Positions 27,456 to 41,281 are shown, counted from the whole stretch's first letter. The stretch is 63,982 bases of DNA, filler included, from Blastocystis sp. subtype 4 (GCF_000743755.1; 5 parts of 5 records of this genome joined end to end with filler, not necessarily neighbours in it); one strand, 5' to 3'. Notes: a model not told the origin generated them from the letters alone. Made by a program: numbers and translations.

Positions 27456-28841
27456 ATGGACAAGAGAATGTCTCAGGAAGTGGAGGGTGACTCCTTGGGT
27501 GATGAATTCANNNNNNNNNNNNNNNNNNNNNNNNNNNNNNNNNNNNNNNNNNNNTTAATTAATTAANNNNNNNNNNNNNNNNNNNNNNNNNNNNNNNNNN
27601 NNNNNNNNNNGTTCTGAGATTTGAATTGTAGGAGAGTCTAATGAACGCAGGTGAGCTAGAACAACCTAAGAAGATGAGCAAGAAGGCTCGAAAACTGGCA
27701 AGCCGACTAACAGTAGCAGAACTGAAGCAATTGGTTCGTCGTCCAGATGTAGTTGAGGTCGAAGATGTAACGTCAGCAGACCCTCGACTGTTAGTATATT
27801 TGAAATCGTATCGAAATACAGTTCCTGTTCCTCGTCATTGGTGTTCAAAGCGTCATTACCTTCAAGGTCGTCGAGGAACAGAAAAGACTCCTTTCAAATT
27901 GCCTGGTAGAAGTGAAGAAATGTGTTAATGATAGATTATATTGCGAATACAGGCATTTCAGATATTCGTGCTTCAATCGCTGAAGAAGAGCGTGATAAGG
28001 GTTTACAGGAGCAGGCTCGAGATCGAATGCATCCGAAACTTCATCGAATGGATATCAGTTATGATGTACTGTTGGAGTTTGATGAGGTGAATGATGAATA
28101 GTGAAGATGCCTTCTTCCGTCATATGACCAAACCAAAAATGACAGGGTTTGGTGAAGTGTGAGAAATGAATGGAAGAATGAAGTGTAGGTATTATGAAGG
28201 AAAGGAATATGAAGTACGTTTGACAGATCGAAAACCAGGTCAGTTATCAGACCGATTGAGAGTATGGACATGGAAAGAGAATGAAGTGTAGGAAGCTTTG
28301 GGAATGACTCCCTTGTCACCTCCTCCTTGGCTTTATATGCAACAACGTTATGGTCCTCCTCCATCATATCCCAATCTTCGTATTCCGGGTCTGAATTCAC
28401 CCATTCCTCCTGGTTGTCAGTATGGTAATCATCTTGAAGGCTGGGGTCGTCCACCTGTGGATGAGTTGGGTCGACCTCTCTATGGTGATGTGTTTGGAGT
28501 GTATCAGGAAGAGAATGCAAAACCTACAGTGAATCCTGAGGAAGTGGCTCTGTGGGGTGAGGTACCAGATGGTCCTGTGGAGATACCAGATGAGTCTGAA
28601 CCAGAACAACAGCAAGAACAGCCAGAAGAGACTCTTGCTGCTTCTGAAGAAGAACCTGGAATGATGTCAGTGATTCCAGGCTCAGAGACTCCAGCTGCGA
28701 TTCAGTTGCGTAAGGAGGCAGGTGATGAGACACCATATGAGCCTCGATCTCTGTATACACATTTGGAAGAGGTGAAAGTCTCTGGAGGTTCTGGAATCAT
28801 GCCTGTAACAAAGAAGTATGTCTTTCCTGATCAAGCCAAGT
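27456..28841 (+). CDS. SF3B2: Splicing factor SF3B2/SAP145, spans a gap; stop completed by polyadenylation
   Basis: RLTVAELKQLV.RPDVVE, RNTVPVPRHW, PPPWLYMQQRYGPPPSYPNLRIPGLN, GWGRPPVDE. In-frame T 28841 + caag + TGTTTGTT. Confidence 0.92.
27511..27610. other. Artificial scaffold spacer
   Basis: N-run/TTAATTAATTAA/N-run. Confidence 0.98.
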
Positions 28842-28871
28842 CAAGTGTTTGTTAAAGAGAAAACAAGTCTA

Positions 28872-31804
28872 TTAGAGAGAATCAGGGATATCATCCACGA
28901 CAGTAGTCTTTGTAATCATCTCCCCATTCAAATCATAAGTGATACGTAGTTTCATCACAGAAGCCTTCTACAACTTATTCCTCTTACATATTCCAACTTC
29001 ACCAAAAGCATTATTCTTAATACGAATCAGCTGTGTAGACACATCTTCATTGTTCCCAGGAATAATCGGATCCGAGATAGGTTTCATTTGAACCTTCATG
29101 TACTAATTATGATATAACTCCTCTTCACTCACCTTAGGAACAGCTGCTTGAAGAGTGAACTCTTCTAAATCATCAGGATTGCTATTTGAAATAATAGCTT
29201 TGATGATAGTATCAGAGTCATCTTCTCCCTTCTTCATCTTAAACACAATCTTCACGCCATCCTCATCGAATGCCACCATGCTATCGCTTGCTACTTGTTC
29301 ATTTCATTCACCATACATACGTGCAGGGGCAGGAGCCTCTACAGGAGCAGGAGCCTCCACAGGAGCCATGAAACCATCATCAACTGGAGCAACAGGTGCT
29401 GAAACAGCGACTGGAGCAGGAGTAGCCGAAGGAACAGCAGAAGCTGCCGAAGACAAATCCAGAATATCAAATGGGGATGTGGGTTCTACTGACTTGGGAA
29501 GAGTGACTACATTGAAAGGGTCATCACCAGGTGCAGGAGAAGAAGTGGGTGGGGCAGTTGAAGTTGTTTTAATCGTATCGAAAATGTCCATAACTCCAGC
29601 AAAATCATTGCTTCCAGTATCAGTCTTTGTTGAAGTACCCAGATCTATACCCAACAGATCATCCATCAGGGAAGTAGATTCAGCTGACTTGACAGGACGA
29701 GAGGTAGTAACCATATCATCCTCACTCTGATCATAATCTTCACTCTCGCTTCCAGATTCCTCATCAGCACGACGTGCTTTAGCATTGTCGATATCCAGAG
29801 GAGGCATACGATCCAGAAGCTGTTCACGAATCATCGCATAATCATCCTTCATAAGTTCAGTATATTCACAAGCACGTTGTTGAGCTTGAAGGATACACGA
29901 GGTCTCATAAGGAGCTAGTAATGCATTGATACGATCAAAATAAGCTTCACCAAATCTATCAGATATCTTGATTAAAGCAGTAAGAGTCATAACTACAGAT
30001 CATCGAATGAACTCATCAGTACTCTTGGTAGTACTATCAATTGAATTATTATTCAGAATTGAAGCCAAGAGATCAAGGACCGTTTCTTCAGAAACAGCAT
30101 CCAACTGCTGTTGACGTACTTGATCATAATATGATTCAAGCAATTCTTCTCCATACTCTCCTATGAACCACACTCCAACTTGAGTAAGAGAAACTTGACT
30201 CTGATCCTTCTGAAGGAACATAAACAGCTTGTGAATCTATCAATCAAACTGGTTCTATTGAATTACCGTGTAGCTAGATAATTCTTCCTCTTCATTTCCA
30301 ATAATACTGATGAGAGCAGAAGTCACTTCTTCATTAGCATACTTTCCACTCACTTGTAAAACAGCTAACAGAGTATCCACTTGCCAGAGAGAAGAAGGAG
30401 CAAACTGCTGAACTAGAGATGTGATCTTGCTAATCAATTCAGGACGCTCAGTATCATCAGCCATAATCTAGGTATCAGGCTTTCCCTTCAGATCCTACAA
30501 GATAATTGAGAAGCTCACGAACAAGTTCCTCTACATTCTTCAGATTCACTAAGGCGAAGACGACTTCAAGAGCACGACGACGAATCGAAGGATCGTTCTC
30601 TTTGAGACAACCAATGATAGTTGATCGATGACGTGACACAGCAGCATGGTCCACTTCAGCCATCTACTGATAAGATACAACTCTCATAAAAACCTTCAGA
30701 AGCATTGACAAAGCTACATAACGAATATTGCTATCACTATGAAGAAGGAACTTACCCAGAATATTCGCTCCCAGCACACGCTGACCACTGACTGCATCAA
30801 TGTTCATGATAGTCTTCACAGTCTCATAGAGAACAGCATTACCAGCCATACAAGAGCTATCTGTCTTGGTTGCAATCTAGGAGTGAATCGATTCAATTGA
30901 TCATACAAATGCAAGCAAATCTCCTAACATATCACTACAATCATGGTCATTTGTTGCTAGCAAGCATAGGAGTTTCAACATCTCCACTTGAAGGAAAGGA
31001 TCAGGTACACCACCAACATTATACTCGCTCTTGAAGCCTCCACTAATGACCACCTTCATTTTCTTAATGAGACGAGGAACCAACTTGCGGAATTTAGGTA
31101 TCATCGCCGGATTCTTTTTCAGTACAAACGTAGTCAGAGAGGCAGCTATAGATCAAGAACTCCTAGAATTCAGACCGCTGATCAACACACCATGATCCTC
31201 ATCAGCAAGAAGGGCAGGAAGTGTCTTAATCATATCATCCGTCATTTCAGGAATCTTGCTGAGGATATTGATCATGCACAAACAGGCCTTCTTCTTGATA
31301 AAAGGATTGGAGCTTGACATCTTTTGAAGGACATCACTAAAAATGTCACGAGCCATTGCTTCGGAGCATACATTTGCAGCTGCCGTCAAAGCCAAGCCCA
31401 CTACATATCTACATCTCAGACCTTCCCCTGCTTTGGTACGGGTCTCCAGAATTAATGTCACTTTTCAAAGTATTTGTGACAAGAAGGAAGATGTCGTTAT
31501 CCTCACTGACGAGAAGAACCATTGCAAGATAACCAATTCTCTTGTCACTGAAGTCAGGACTGGCAATTAACTTCACACTCTGAACTTGACCAAAGTAACT
31601 GGGATATCCCATAAGATGAATAAACAGCAGTTTTGCCATGTTGGATTGGGCATTTACTTTATCTTCCTCGCGAAAGGCATTACGAATGAGGGCCGATTCC
31701 TTAGAAATGATAGCTCGCTCATCTGCAGCAGTCTTTGCTGCACGCACCTGTCGAATGAAGTCGCGTGTAGTCTTCTTCACGAATGGAATACTAATCTTAT
31801 TCAT
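28872..31804 (-). CDS. AP1G: AP-1 complex gamma-adaptin
   Basis: [62 protein letters not shown], ear QAAVPK; TAA 28874-28872. Confidence 0.93.
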
Positions 31805-32191
31805 ACCTCTCACAAATGTGATGAATCAGAAAACCTGGAAAGAACGCTCGAATCTGTGGAAAACCGCGGGTCTCGAATACTTGTTCATTAAAGCTTTGTA
31901 ATACAATTGATAGATTCTGTTGGTAGGGTGTTGTTGATGACACAAATATCATACCGAAGTGGAAAGCCACAACAGGAAAAAGGGCCGTTTTCCTCACTAT
32001 ATTTGTTGTTGGTTGTTACGTTTATTCTTTGTATTTTTATGAGTTCGTTTCTTCAGCCGAATCAATGGAACGTCTCTATTAATTATTATCCTCTATGTCC
32101 TAATTACTGTAATTAAGTCTATATGAAATTACATCCATAAAATTGGGTCAAGAAAAACGTATCATGAAAAGGATTATCGTTACTTCATAGA

Positions 32192-33257
32192 ATGTCTAAG
32201 CTGTCGTCATACGCATCGCTCTTTGTAGAGGTAACAATAGTTATGTTGTTTCATGATAGGGGGCTACTACATCTACTAAAGCTGGCGCTAATCTGTGCAC
32301 TGTTGCCTTCATTACCCTCATCCTATCATCTATTATTTGTGGAATCTTCAATCCAAGTACATCAAGTCTCATATCTTGTGCTCTCACTGTAGGTATGTAT
32401 TATCGGGTTAACAGTAGTACAGTAATGAATGCTTCGAAAGTGCGTTCACAAAGATTAAGAATATGACACCGGTGTATGTGATTGGCTCCTTCTTCTGTAG
32501 CTCTGATTGTATTATTTGACTCTAGATGCTCTTGCTGCATTCTGCTTCATTTCTGTTGGGAATTGCCTTGAAAATGTGTTTCATAATACCGTGATGGCCC
32601 GTGTAATGGTAAAGGAATAGTTGTTACTTCATTCTCAGAATGGAACAATTCGCCTTTCATGTATAATGATTATCTTTGAATCCTGTTATACAGCTGGAAC
32701 TCTAGTTGTATGATCTGTTCTCTTCGAATTACTCATAGCAAGCAAGAAGCTTTATTACTGGTTGGGCAGTGCAAGGATACTATCCATAGTAGGATATAGT
32801 CACTCATCTTGAGATTAGTATTGGAGCTTCGATAGCGTTTATGCAGAACTGCTCATCTCTTATTTGGACATTGGATACTATTCTGCTGGTATACTTTTTG
32901 GTTCTTCTTAGCTTCCTAACATCAGATAATACTGTTGTTATTCTTGATTTTGGTGATTGATAGATATTCTCTCCTAGATACACCAAATGGGCACGTGTTG
33001 GAGCAATTAGTGGTCTAATCTATCTTATTTGCGTCTATGTTCTGGGTCTTATTTTTGTTTTTGTGATTATTGGACGTACGAAGTGATAGGAAAATTGAAC
33101 TGTAGTTATTTCGTATTTTGTAATGGTAGTATGTCTTATTGGGGTTCTTGGAATGACAGGATGGGAATTGCGCAAGATGGAGGGTGAGATTGTTGGAAAG
33201 AAGACAAAGAAACATAGGAAGGGCAAGAAGAGTAAACAGACTGCTGACAAAGTGTAA
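32192..33257 (+). CDS. Hypothetical multi-pass membrane protein with basic C-terminal tail
   Basis: Short hydrophobic exons separated by ~30-nt introns. Ends KKSKQTADKV-TAA, TGTTTGTT 33264-33271. Confidence 0.45.
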
Positions 33258-33619
33258 TATCGTTGTTTGTTGCATTAGAAGGATCACTCAGAACTAAATT
33301 ACATAATGACAAGCATTTCTAAGGATCGAATTCCAGTTTCGATGATTGAGACGAATCCCTGAGGATTTTTGATAATCAAGGAACTACTGTACATGCACTT
33401 GTCTTCAACTTTTGATACCTAAGAAACTTCATTTTTGGAGTATTTATTTGTCCAGTTATTATAACTAAATCTTTTGGGTTTCTCTTCAATTTTGTAGGCA
33501 ATATGACTGGAGAATCAGTCTAATTGAGTAGAGAATTGAGTTTTGATCGAACTGGTTATTGGACTCTTTAACTCTTTGTTTCTGTTGATTTAAGAAGCTT
33601 ACTTGTATTTTATTTGAGC

Positions 33620-34338
33620 ATGGACGATTTAACGCGGTTTCGTTTAAGGAATGTCTTGTCGTGCATTCTCGAGGGTGTGGTGAGGAGAGGTGATATGGTA
33701 TGAATTGGTTGGATATGTGAGGAAAAGAATTCGGCCCAACAGCCAGTTACTCGCTTTACTGCTTTATCAGAACCCAATATTTCTATTCGAGATTACATTG
33801 AAAGGTTTTTCTTTTATTAAATGGTTATGAGAGTAGATTGTACAAGTATTCCAAGTGTAGTGTCGAATGTCTAATTCTTTCTATTATTTATATCGATCGG
33901 TTTATTCAGAGCAGCAACATCCAGGTCAACTCTCTAACAATTCATCGAGTTCTTTTGACAAGGTCGTTCTCTATTGGAAACCTGATATGTAGTGTTGTTC
34001 TTGCTGCAAAGACATTTGATGATAACTTCTACACGAATAATCATTATGCCCGTGTAGGAGGTGTGCCTGTGGAGGAATTGAATTGTCTCGAGATCGAGTT
34101 TCTGTTTACGATCAATTTCAGCCTCTACGTGAGCTGTGAGGATTATCAGCGGTACTATCAGGAGATATACAAACATGCATCAAGTAATATGTGTACTGTG
34201 TGCCATGGAATGGACCTTCCGAATCTTATTCTTCGGCAAAATGGGAATGATGGTTCTGTTCTTGATTATGCTAGATACACTGATAGCAGAGATTATTCTC
34301 CTACCAATGTCAACTTCAACGCTCAAATGGACTATTAA
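33620..34338 (+). CDS. PHO80-like (cyclin P/U) cyclin
   Basis: PNISIRDYIER, KYSKCSVECLILSIIYIDR, AKTFDDNFYTNNHYARVGG, ELNCLEIEFL. Confidence 0.9.
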
Positions 34339-34428
34339 CCTTGTCTGTATATTCCTCCTATTGTTTCGTATTTTCATTTGTTTATTGAAACAAATGTTTG
34401 ACACAAAGCATTCAACTAAAATAACCAC

Positions 34429-35331
34429 TTAGGCACTCTTTGGTTTTGAGTCAGCACTTCCCGACCTAATTGTAACTCTTTTATCAAACTCGTACAGGTA
34501 ACGTTTTACATAGAACTGGGAGAACAGAAGAATCATTGTTGCCATGTAGGCAATCATCAACCAGTTCAGCCACAGAGGCTCTTGGCATCCACCACTATAT
34601 GTAAGGTAACTTTAGATTCTCATACTTGATCACATCCAATACATTAATGATCGTGATAATCACAAACTGAATCAGCTGGAGCTTCGTCAGAATAGATCTC
34701 CACCAACACTTTACTCCCAAAATAGAGCACAGGTAATGGGTGTACATAAGCATATGCACGAAAGAATTCAAGAGAACGGGCATGCAATTATCACCACCAG
34801 GATACACATGAAGGAAGAGACGGACCATAAATGTGATGCTGCTGTGATGGTACACATGAAGGAAAGTTACTTGACGATAGGATTTACGGAGAATGAACAA
34901 GAAGGTATCCGTAAACTCCCAGTACTTTTGCAGATAGAAGACATAGACGTACTACAGTATCACATTTGATCACCACTCCTACATGAGCAATTGCTTTGGA
35001 ATTCTCTGTATCAAAATCAATATCACTACAATACAGGAACGGCTTCTTGAGGAAGTAGCATGTAAGCATTCCATAGAAACAATAGGTAGCGAGACAAACA
35101 CAGATGAAGTTATACACAACCATGAAAGGCTTTGGGTTAAAACGTTCTCTCTTTTCCATGAATTTCAACAGTATGAAGATCATAGCAAAGTAAAAAACGT
35201 TGCCAATTACCATGGACTTCGTATCCGCGAAAGGAAGACTATCAATATAAGTTTCTAGATGTAAGAAAACGAGATAAACTCGTACGGAGACTCGTGTCTC
35301 TAATCACAGCAGTAGTATCAATACCAAACAT
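34429..35331 (-). CDS. Fatty acid elongase (ELO/GNS1 family)
   Basis: QVTFLHVYHH histidine box, NSFVHMLMYTHY, TKLQLIQF, lysine-containing C-terminus. Confidence 0.92.
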
Positions 35332-35788
35332 TAGAGCTAGGAGATATCTTATTCTGTCGCAGGATAAAAAATAAAGTGGCAATAAAGGGAGATATATGGA
35401 CTTCGTCACTTCCAAACATATGACGTCATCCTATCGTCATGAGTAGAACTTCTTACATCTTATAAATGGAACATACTCTTTCATAAAAATTGAATGCGAC
35501 CCTCAGTTCTAGAATAGTTTCTCTGTACAGGCCGCTGATGTTATGTATAAATACTGTAATTCAAATTAAACAAATTGTTTTTCGCTATCTAATTATGCAA
35601 TATTCGAGGAAAAGAGATGATCGCTGTCCATTCCAAGACATGAAATATGAACCCTCAGATCACTTCTTCAGCTACAACAATCCATTCTGCTTCGAAGTAG
35701 AAAGAAATCGAATGAACCGAATCACATAGAAAATGGTACCGTTTTTTTGTCACTTTACGAATGCATAACAATTATTCTAATCAGGATC

Positions 35789-37708
35789 ATGGGTAACTGT
35801 GCATCAATGTCTGCCACTGCTGAGAGCTCTGTGGCAATGACACGAAGATCTGTGAGTGATGGAACTGAAGAAGCCGCGATGATCTTTTCGAATGGAATGA
35901 TAACTAGTATGCGCGTTTCTGTATGTGCTATTAAGGTGTGGGTGAAGTGTAGTTATCCTTTGAATGTAACAATCTACCAAATATGGATACTTTGAGTAAA
36001 AGTGATCCATTTGTTGTTACATACCTACAGGGGAAAGATAGAAAATGGAATGAAGTGGGCCGTACTGAGATTGTTGTGAATAGTCTCAAGTATGTGATGT
36101 ATTGTGTCTGAACCTTAGTCCTATGTTTGTAACTCGTATACTGCTGAACTACCAATTTGAATCTGTCCAGCGTCTTCGTTTCCAAGTATATGATGCTGAT
36201 GAAGGAGAGAATGTGAAGAATGTAAACTTATTGCTTCTTTGATTCATAATAGATCGTTCTTGAAAGACAAGACTTCATCGGTGAGGCTGAGACAGTTCTG
36301 TCTGAACTTGTTCATAAAAAGACAGCAACAAAGCTGGATTTGAAGCTCAATGAGAAGAGTCGTGGAACTATAACCGTAAAGTGCGAGGAATTGAATGCGG
36401 TTCATGGTGTTGTACGAGGCCAGTTCATCGGAATGGATTTACCTTCATCTCGCTGTTTCTATCGCATTTTCAATATCCTTGATTGATCAGTCTGTTCTCT
36501 CCCTAACCACAAGTATGGACGAAAAGAATGGATCTTCTCCCGTATACAAGTCCGAAGTAGCCAAAAATGGAGGATGGAAACCGTTCGAGATTGATGTGGG
36601 TATCTTCTGTAATGGAGATTTGGTAGAGTTGGAAATGATATTTTATTGGTAGAATCGTCCATTATCAATTAAGATATACCAATACAAATCAAATGGAAAT
36701 CATGTTGAGATTGGTGTAGTGTCTGTAAGAATGGTGAATCAATCTGATCTCTAGTCATCCACTCAGAAACTGATTGAAGCTAATAAAGCATCTCTCTCTC
36801 TAAGCAATGGGTATGATTGAATTCTCTGTATCAATCATAGTGCCATTTCTATTCCTCACTTCGAGTATGTGAGTCAACCTTCCTTCTTAAATTACATACA
36901 AGCTGGACTGGATATCAATTTCATGGTTGCTATTGACTTCACAGGCAGCAATGGTAATCCAAACGATCCTACGTCTCTTCATTATAACAATCCATCTCTT
37001 TATATGCAAGGTCGTTTGAATCCATATGAAATGGCGATCTCTGCAATAGGCTCGGTTCTCGAGTTCTATGATACTGATCGTATGTTCCCTACATATGGTT
37101 TTGGAGCCTGTCTCAATGGAATGCCTACTGCAAATCATTGTTTTGCATTGAATGGAAATGAAATGAATCCGGAGGTTCCTGGTGTGAGTGGTATTATGGG
37201 TGTGTATCATCATACCTTGTCTACTGTTCGATTCTCAGGTCCTACACTCTTCGAGGGTGTGCTATCTAAGGCTGTTGGGTATGTATGAAGACATGAATTT
37301 ATCGCTAGAATTGCTGAGCAAATCAAACAAGAGAAGAATAAGTACTTGATTCTGCTCATTATTACTGATGGTGTGATTCATGATATGGATGAAACCATAC
37401 GTATGATAGTGCGAGGTGCTGACGCTCCTTTATCGATTCTTATTGTGGGAGTTGGTAATGAGGACTTTGGTAATATGGAAGTAGCAAAAGAAGGCTCATC
37501 TGAGATATAGATTCTTGATGGAGATGATGAACGTCTTTCTTATAATGGAAAGATTGCTTCTCGTGATATTGTGCAGTTTGTCCCAACAAGAGAGATGATA
37601 AATCGTTCTCTAGAAGAGATGGCAAAATCCTTGCTGGAAGAGATCCCTGGGCAAGTTACTGATTATATGCATACTGAAGGTATTACTCCTGAAATGATTG
37701 CCCGTTGA
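35789..37708 (+). CDS. Copine (two C2 domains + vWA), N-terminal MGNC acylation motif
   Basis: [60 protein letters not shown]. Confidence 0.93.
36473..36512 (+). other. Probable U12-type intron with AT-AA termini (40 nt) in copine
   Basis: 5' ATATCCTT, branch CCCTAAC 36501-36507. Of the splices tested, only this one restores the frame ([20 protein letters not shown]). Confidence 0.7.
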
Positions 37709-37892
37709 GGTCTGTGACTCTCCTAAGTCATAGAAATGCGTCCTCTGCAAGTCACTCCAATGTAATTTCGTTTGTGTATAATTCTCTTTCGTTTCTTTGT
37801 TCATAAAGCTTGTTTAGAAAAGAATTGAAAACGTGGAAATGGTAGTAACTTACGGAATGACCTCAGAATCCTTGTATTTCTGCTTTCTAAGT

Positions 37893-38386
37893 ATGCCTGT
37901 AGAATCAAATAATGAGAAACTAATCGCCGTGATTGGTGATGAAGTGAGGAATGTATACAACACGTAATCAGTCTAGGATACTGTTACTGGACTGTTGCTT
38001 GTTGGAATTGGCGATATTTCGGAAAAGAATGGCAGTAATTACTACGTAGTAGACAAAAGTACCTTTTGGACTCATGTTGCTGATAGTGTAGATACAAAGG
38101 TAAAAGAGATTGAGGAAACGTTTAAAAGCTTTGTAAAGAGAGGAGATATTGGTATTATTGTCATTAATCAGTGTGTAGGTGTAAAGGGATCATTCGACTC
38201 GTAGATTGCTGATATGATTCGTCACATTTTGAATGATTACAAGGAAACAATTCCAACTGTAATTGAGATTCCTAGCAAGGATAAGCCGTAATTGAAGTCA
38301 TTGGATGGTTAATCAATAGTTTTGATGCTACCCGTGATAATGTCATTCGTAGAGTGGCAAAGATGCTTGGTACTGAGGACATATGA
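37893..38386 (+). CDS. ATP6V1F: V-type ATPase subunit F
   Basis: [43 protein letters not shown]. Confidence 0.95.
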
Positions 38387-38483
38387 GGATAATGGCGCTA
38401 TGATTACACCATGTTTGTTGTGAGTTTATTTTCTGGTAGATTGGTATGTACATCCTTTATCACTTTTTTTCCAAGAAGTGAGA

Positions 38484-41068
38484 ATGGCAAGATTGACAAT
38501 CTTTGGAAACCGTTCCTTTGTTGGAGATGACGATCTTACCTTCATTATGACATATCATGGCTTCATTCGCATCCTTTCATTTTTCTGCTTTCTGTGCAGT
38601 ATGTACGCGTACTCACCAATTGAAGAGCATGTAATTCCAAAGTAGTTCTGTAAATTTGGATTGAGATATAGATATTCTTTTGGAGGATTCTTATCTGTCC
38701 AATTTGCTTTGCTGTCTATTTTATTGATTGTATTTCTTGTAGACGCGGTTTCTCTTTAGGTTGAACTGATTACTGGGTTCATGTCCTATTCTGGATTGAT
38801 TTTGGAGATATCCTTTGTTTGCTGTTTCTATTAGTCCTTGACATCACTCAAAGAAGCGAAGAGGTGTAAAACAACTCTTTGAAATCCATTGTATTCTACT
38901 CATTATTTGTGATACTGACTGTTTTGCATCATGTATGAACGTTGGATCCTTTTGGAAGATGTGATGCGTAGATGTATAGAAACGTATTACCACAAACAGG
39001 AAAAACTTTTTATACTTGCATGATTCTCCTTATGATTCTTTCAGGAACTGAAGCTCTTTTGGGCATCGTGCTTCTAGTTATGTTTTTATCTCCCAAAATC
39101 ACGGAAAACCGAGTACGGCGTGTACTCCATCTGCTCTGCTGTTGTATTATTCGTGATGATGAAGTGATTGATTCTCTTGTTTCTGGAATCATGAAACTGC
39201 CTTCATTTGAAAACTTTTCAATGACAGATATTATTGCTGGTCTTTTAATGACTAACATGGTGTATCATGATAAGAAGAAGACCATTGCTGCCATTAGTGA
39301 TCCTCAGGAGCGATTGCAAGTGAAAACAATGCGCGTCCATGAGTACATCAAATATATGAACAAAAATTCTGATCGATTTCATTTATCCGCGGAATCAATA
39401 TCTCGAGCATCTTTAGGTAGACATTCATCACTTTTGAACTCGCGTCGTGCTCACAGTATCAGTGGCCATCAGACAAATACAGGTGAAATCGTACACGATG
39501 AAGATGGTCGCGAATGTACTGTATTAAGTTACAAGAAGGAAGATGACATTTTCGATAATTTTGATATTGAATGTGGAATTGGAAGTGAAGTGATGCGAAG
39601 ATTCCAATATGGGATTGACAAGGAACGATTAACTGTAGATATGAAAATGAAATGTGATTATTAGTATTTGGCCCATATGTGTAGATATGCAAATGCAGTC
39701 TATGGATTGTCCTTGTTAGAATATCGGTAAATACTCATTGGATAGAGTCTGGTTGAATAGTTACATGGAAAGAAATACGAGAGCACTGATAAAGGAGGTG
39801 AATAAGAATCTTCGTCAAACACGACTGAAGGATTACAATCAATTGAAAGTTAGAATAGTTCTGGTATATGAATTATAGATCACTTTACAATCTCTTCTTA
39901 GTGACTTTGGAGGTCAGTTGATCTATTGCACAGATGCAAATGTGTAATAACTAGAAGTCATTCTGTGAATGTAGAATTGGTCGAACCCCGTGGTTTATTG
40001 CGTATGATACAAAGTATGACAGTGTTGTGATTAGTATTCGAGGAACCTGGTCGATTCAGGATGTGGTCACAGATATATTGGCGGGTGGATTATTTTAATA
40101 AGACTCAGTTTTAGACGAACAATCTCTGGAAGAAGCTGGAAAGGAATATGGTTTTGATGGTAAAAATGAATACACACATCGTGTAGAAATATGAAGAACG
40201 ATTGAGATGTAGGGAATGTATTTGGTGGCAAAAGAGGTGATGACAGATCTGGAGAAATTACGGCTTCTTCCTTGGTTATTTAATAAGGAACCTGCTGATA
40301 ATCCCAATGTGATGATTGATCAAGCATTATTGGATAAGGTTTGGATTCTATTGATGTTTCAATCATTAGATTACCTCGAGTACCAAGCTTGTGGTTGTAG
40401 GTCATTCGCTGGGAGGAGGAGCTGCCTCGCTGATGTCTCTCTTCCTTCAGAAATCCTATCCAAATACTTGCTGTTGTTATGATCCTCCTGGTGAGACCTT
40501 CTCTCCAGGCCTGCGTGAATACTCCACTCACTTCATTACAACAACAGTCTTTGGTCATGATATCTTCCCTCGAGTCTCATCATATACTTTTTCTCTCCTC
40601 CAAGACAATATCATTGGATCTCTGGCCTATTGTAGACTAAACAAGTTCAAGTATTTCTTCGAGGTTGCTTTCAATCGTGTGAATATGAACACTACCTTCT
40701 GTACAGATATCAAGCAAGTTTCTCCTGAAATCCAGGAAGTGTTAGATCAATGGTTGGTCACCGTAGGAAGAGAAACCAGGAATGAATGATAGAGTACGAA
40801 TTTCAAGAAAACTTTTGCTCGAGAATGTTACTTACCTGGCAATATTGTGTATATTCGATTTGATAAGCTCAGAGTGCGTACAAGACGGGGTCGAAAGAAG
40901 ACTCTTGTGAAAGAGAATGCTGTTCATGCTGTAGCAGAGGAGTTCTTGGATCTTCGATTAGGTAATCACTTTTTCTTTAATCATTGGATCTTTTTGGTAG
41001 CTATTAGTTGGGAGATTGAAATCTAGTTCCCAATCTGGTTGAAACGAGCAGCTGATAACTGTTCATAA
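38484..41068 (+). CDS. sn1-diacylglycerol lipase alpha/beta-like (N-terminal TM helices + lipase 3 domain)
   Basis: N-terminus MARLTIFGNRSFVGDDDL (DAGL-like), TDIIAGL, ISIRGTWS..D, VVGHSLGGG, DIFPR. Confidence 0.85.
38808..38847 (+). other. U12-type AT-AC intron (40 nt) in the DAG lipase gene
   Basis: 5' ATATCCTTT, branch TCCTTGAC 38835-38842, 3' CAC. Phase-0 removal gives SGLILE-SKKRRGVKQLF. Confidence 0.85.
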
Positions 41069-41281
41069 GTTCCAGTCTAGTATATATTGTGTTGGTTAGA
41101 AACACCTTGAATACAGTCCAAGATACTGAAGAAATGCATAGATTGATGATGATAAAGAGTTGCCCATGAAATCTGTATTAGATTGGTTTTAGAGTAATAA
41201 GAAGATTAGAGTAATGGATTAACGAAGTTCAATAAGGATTGATTAAAACAAAGACATGAACAAAGTAGTAAAGAATGCAAA

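Noticed and set aside
33300..33365. Possible box C/D snoRNA in an intergenic region
   Set aside because: Box C is poor and I could not identify an rRNA-complementary guide
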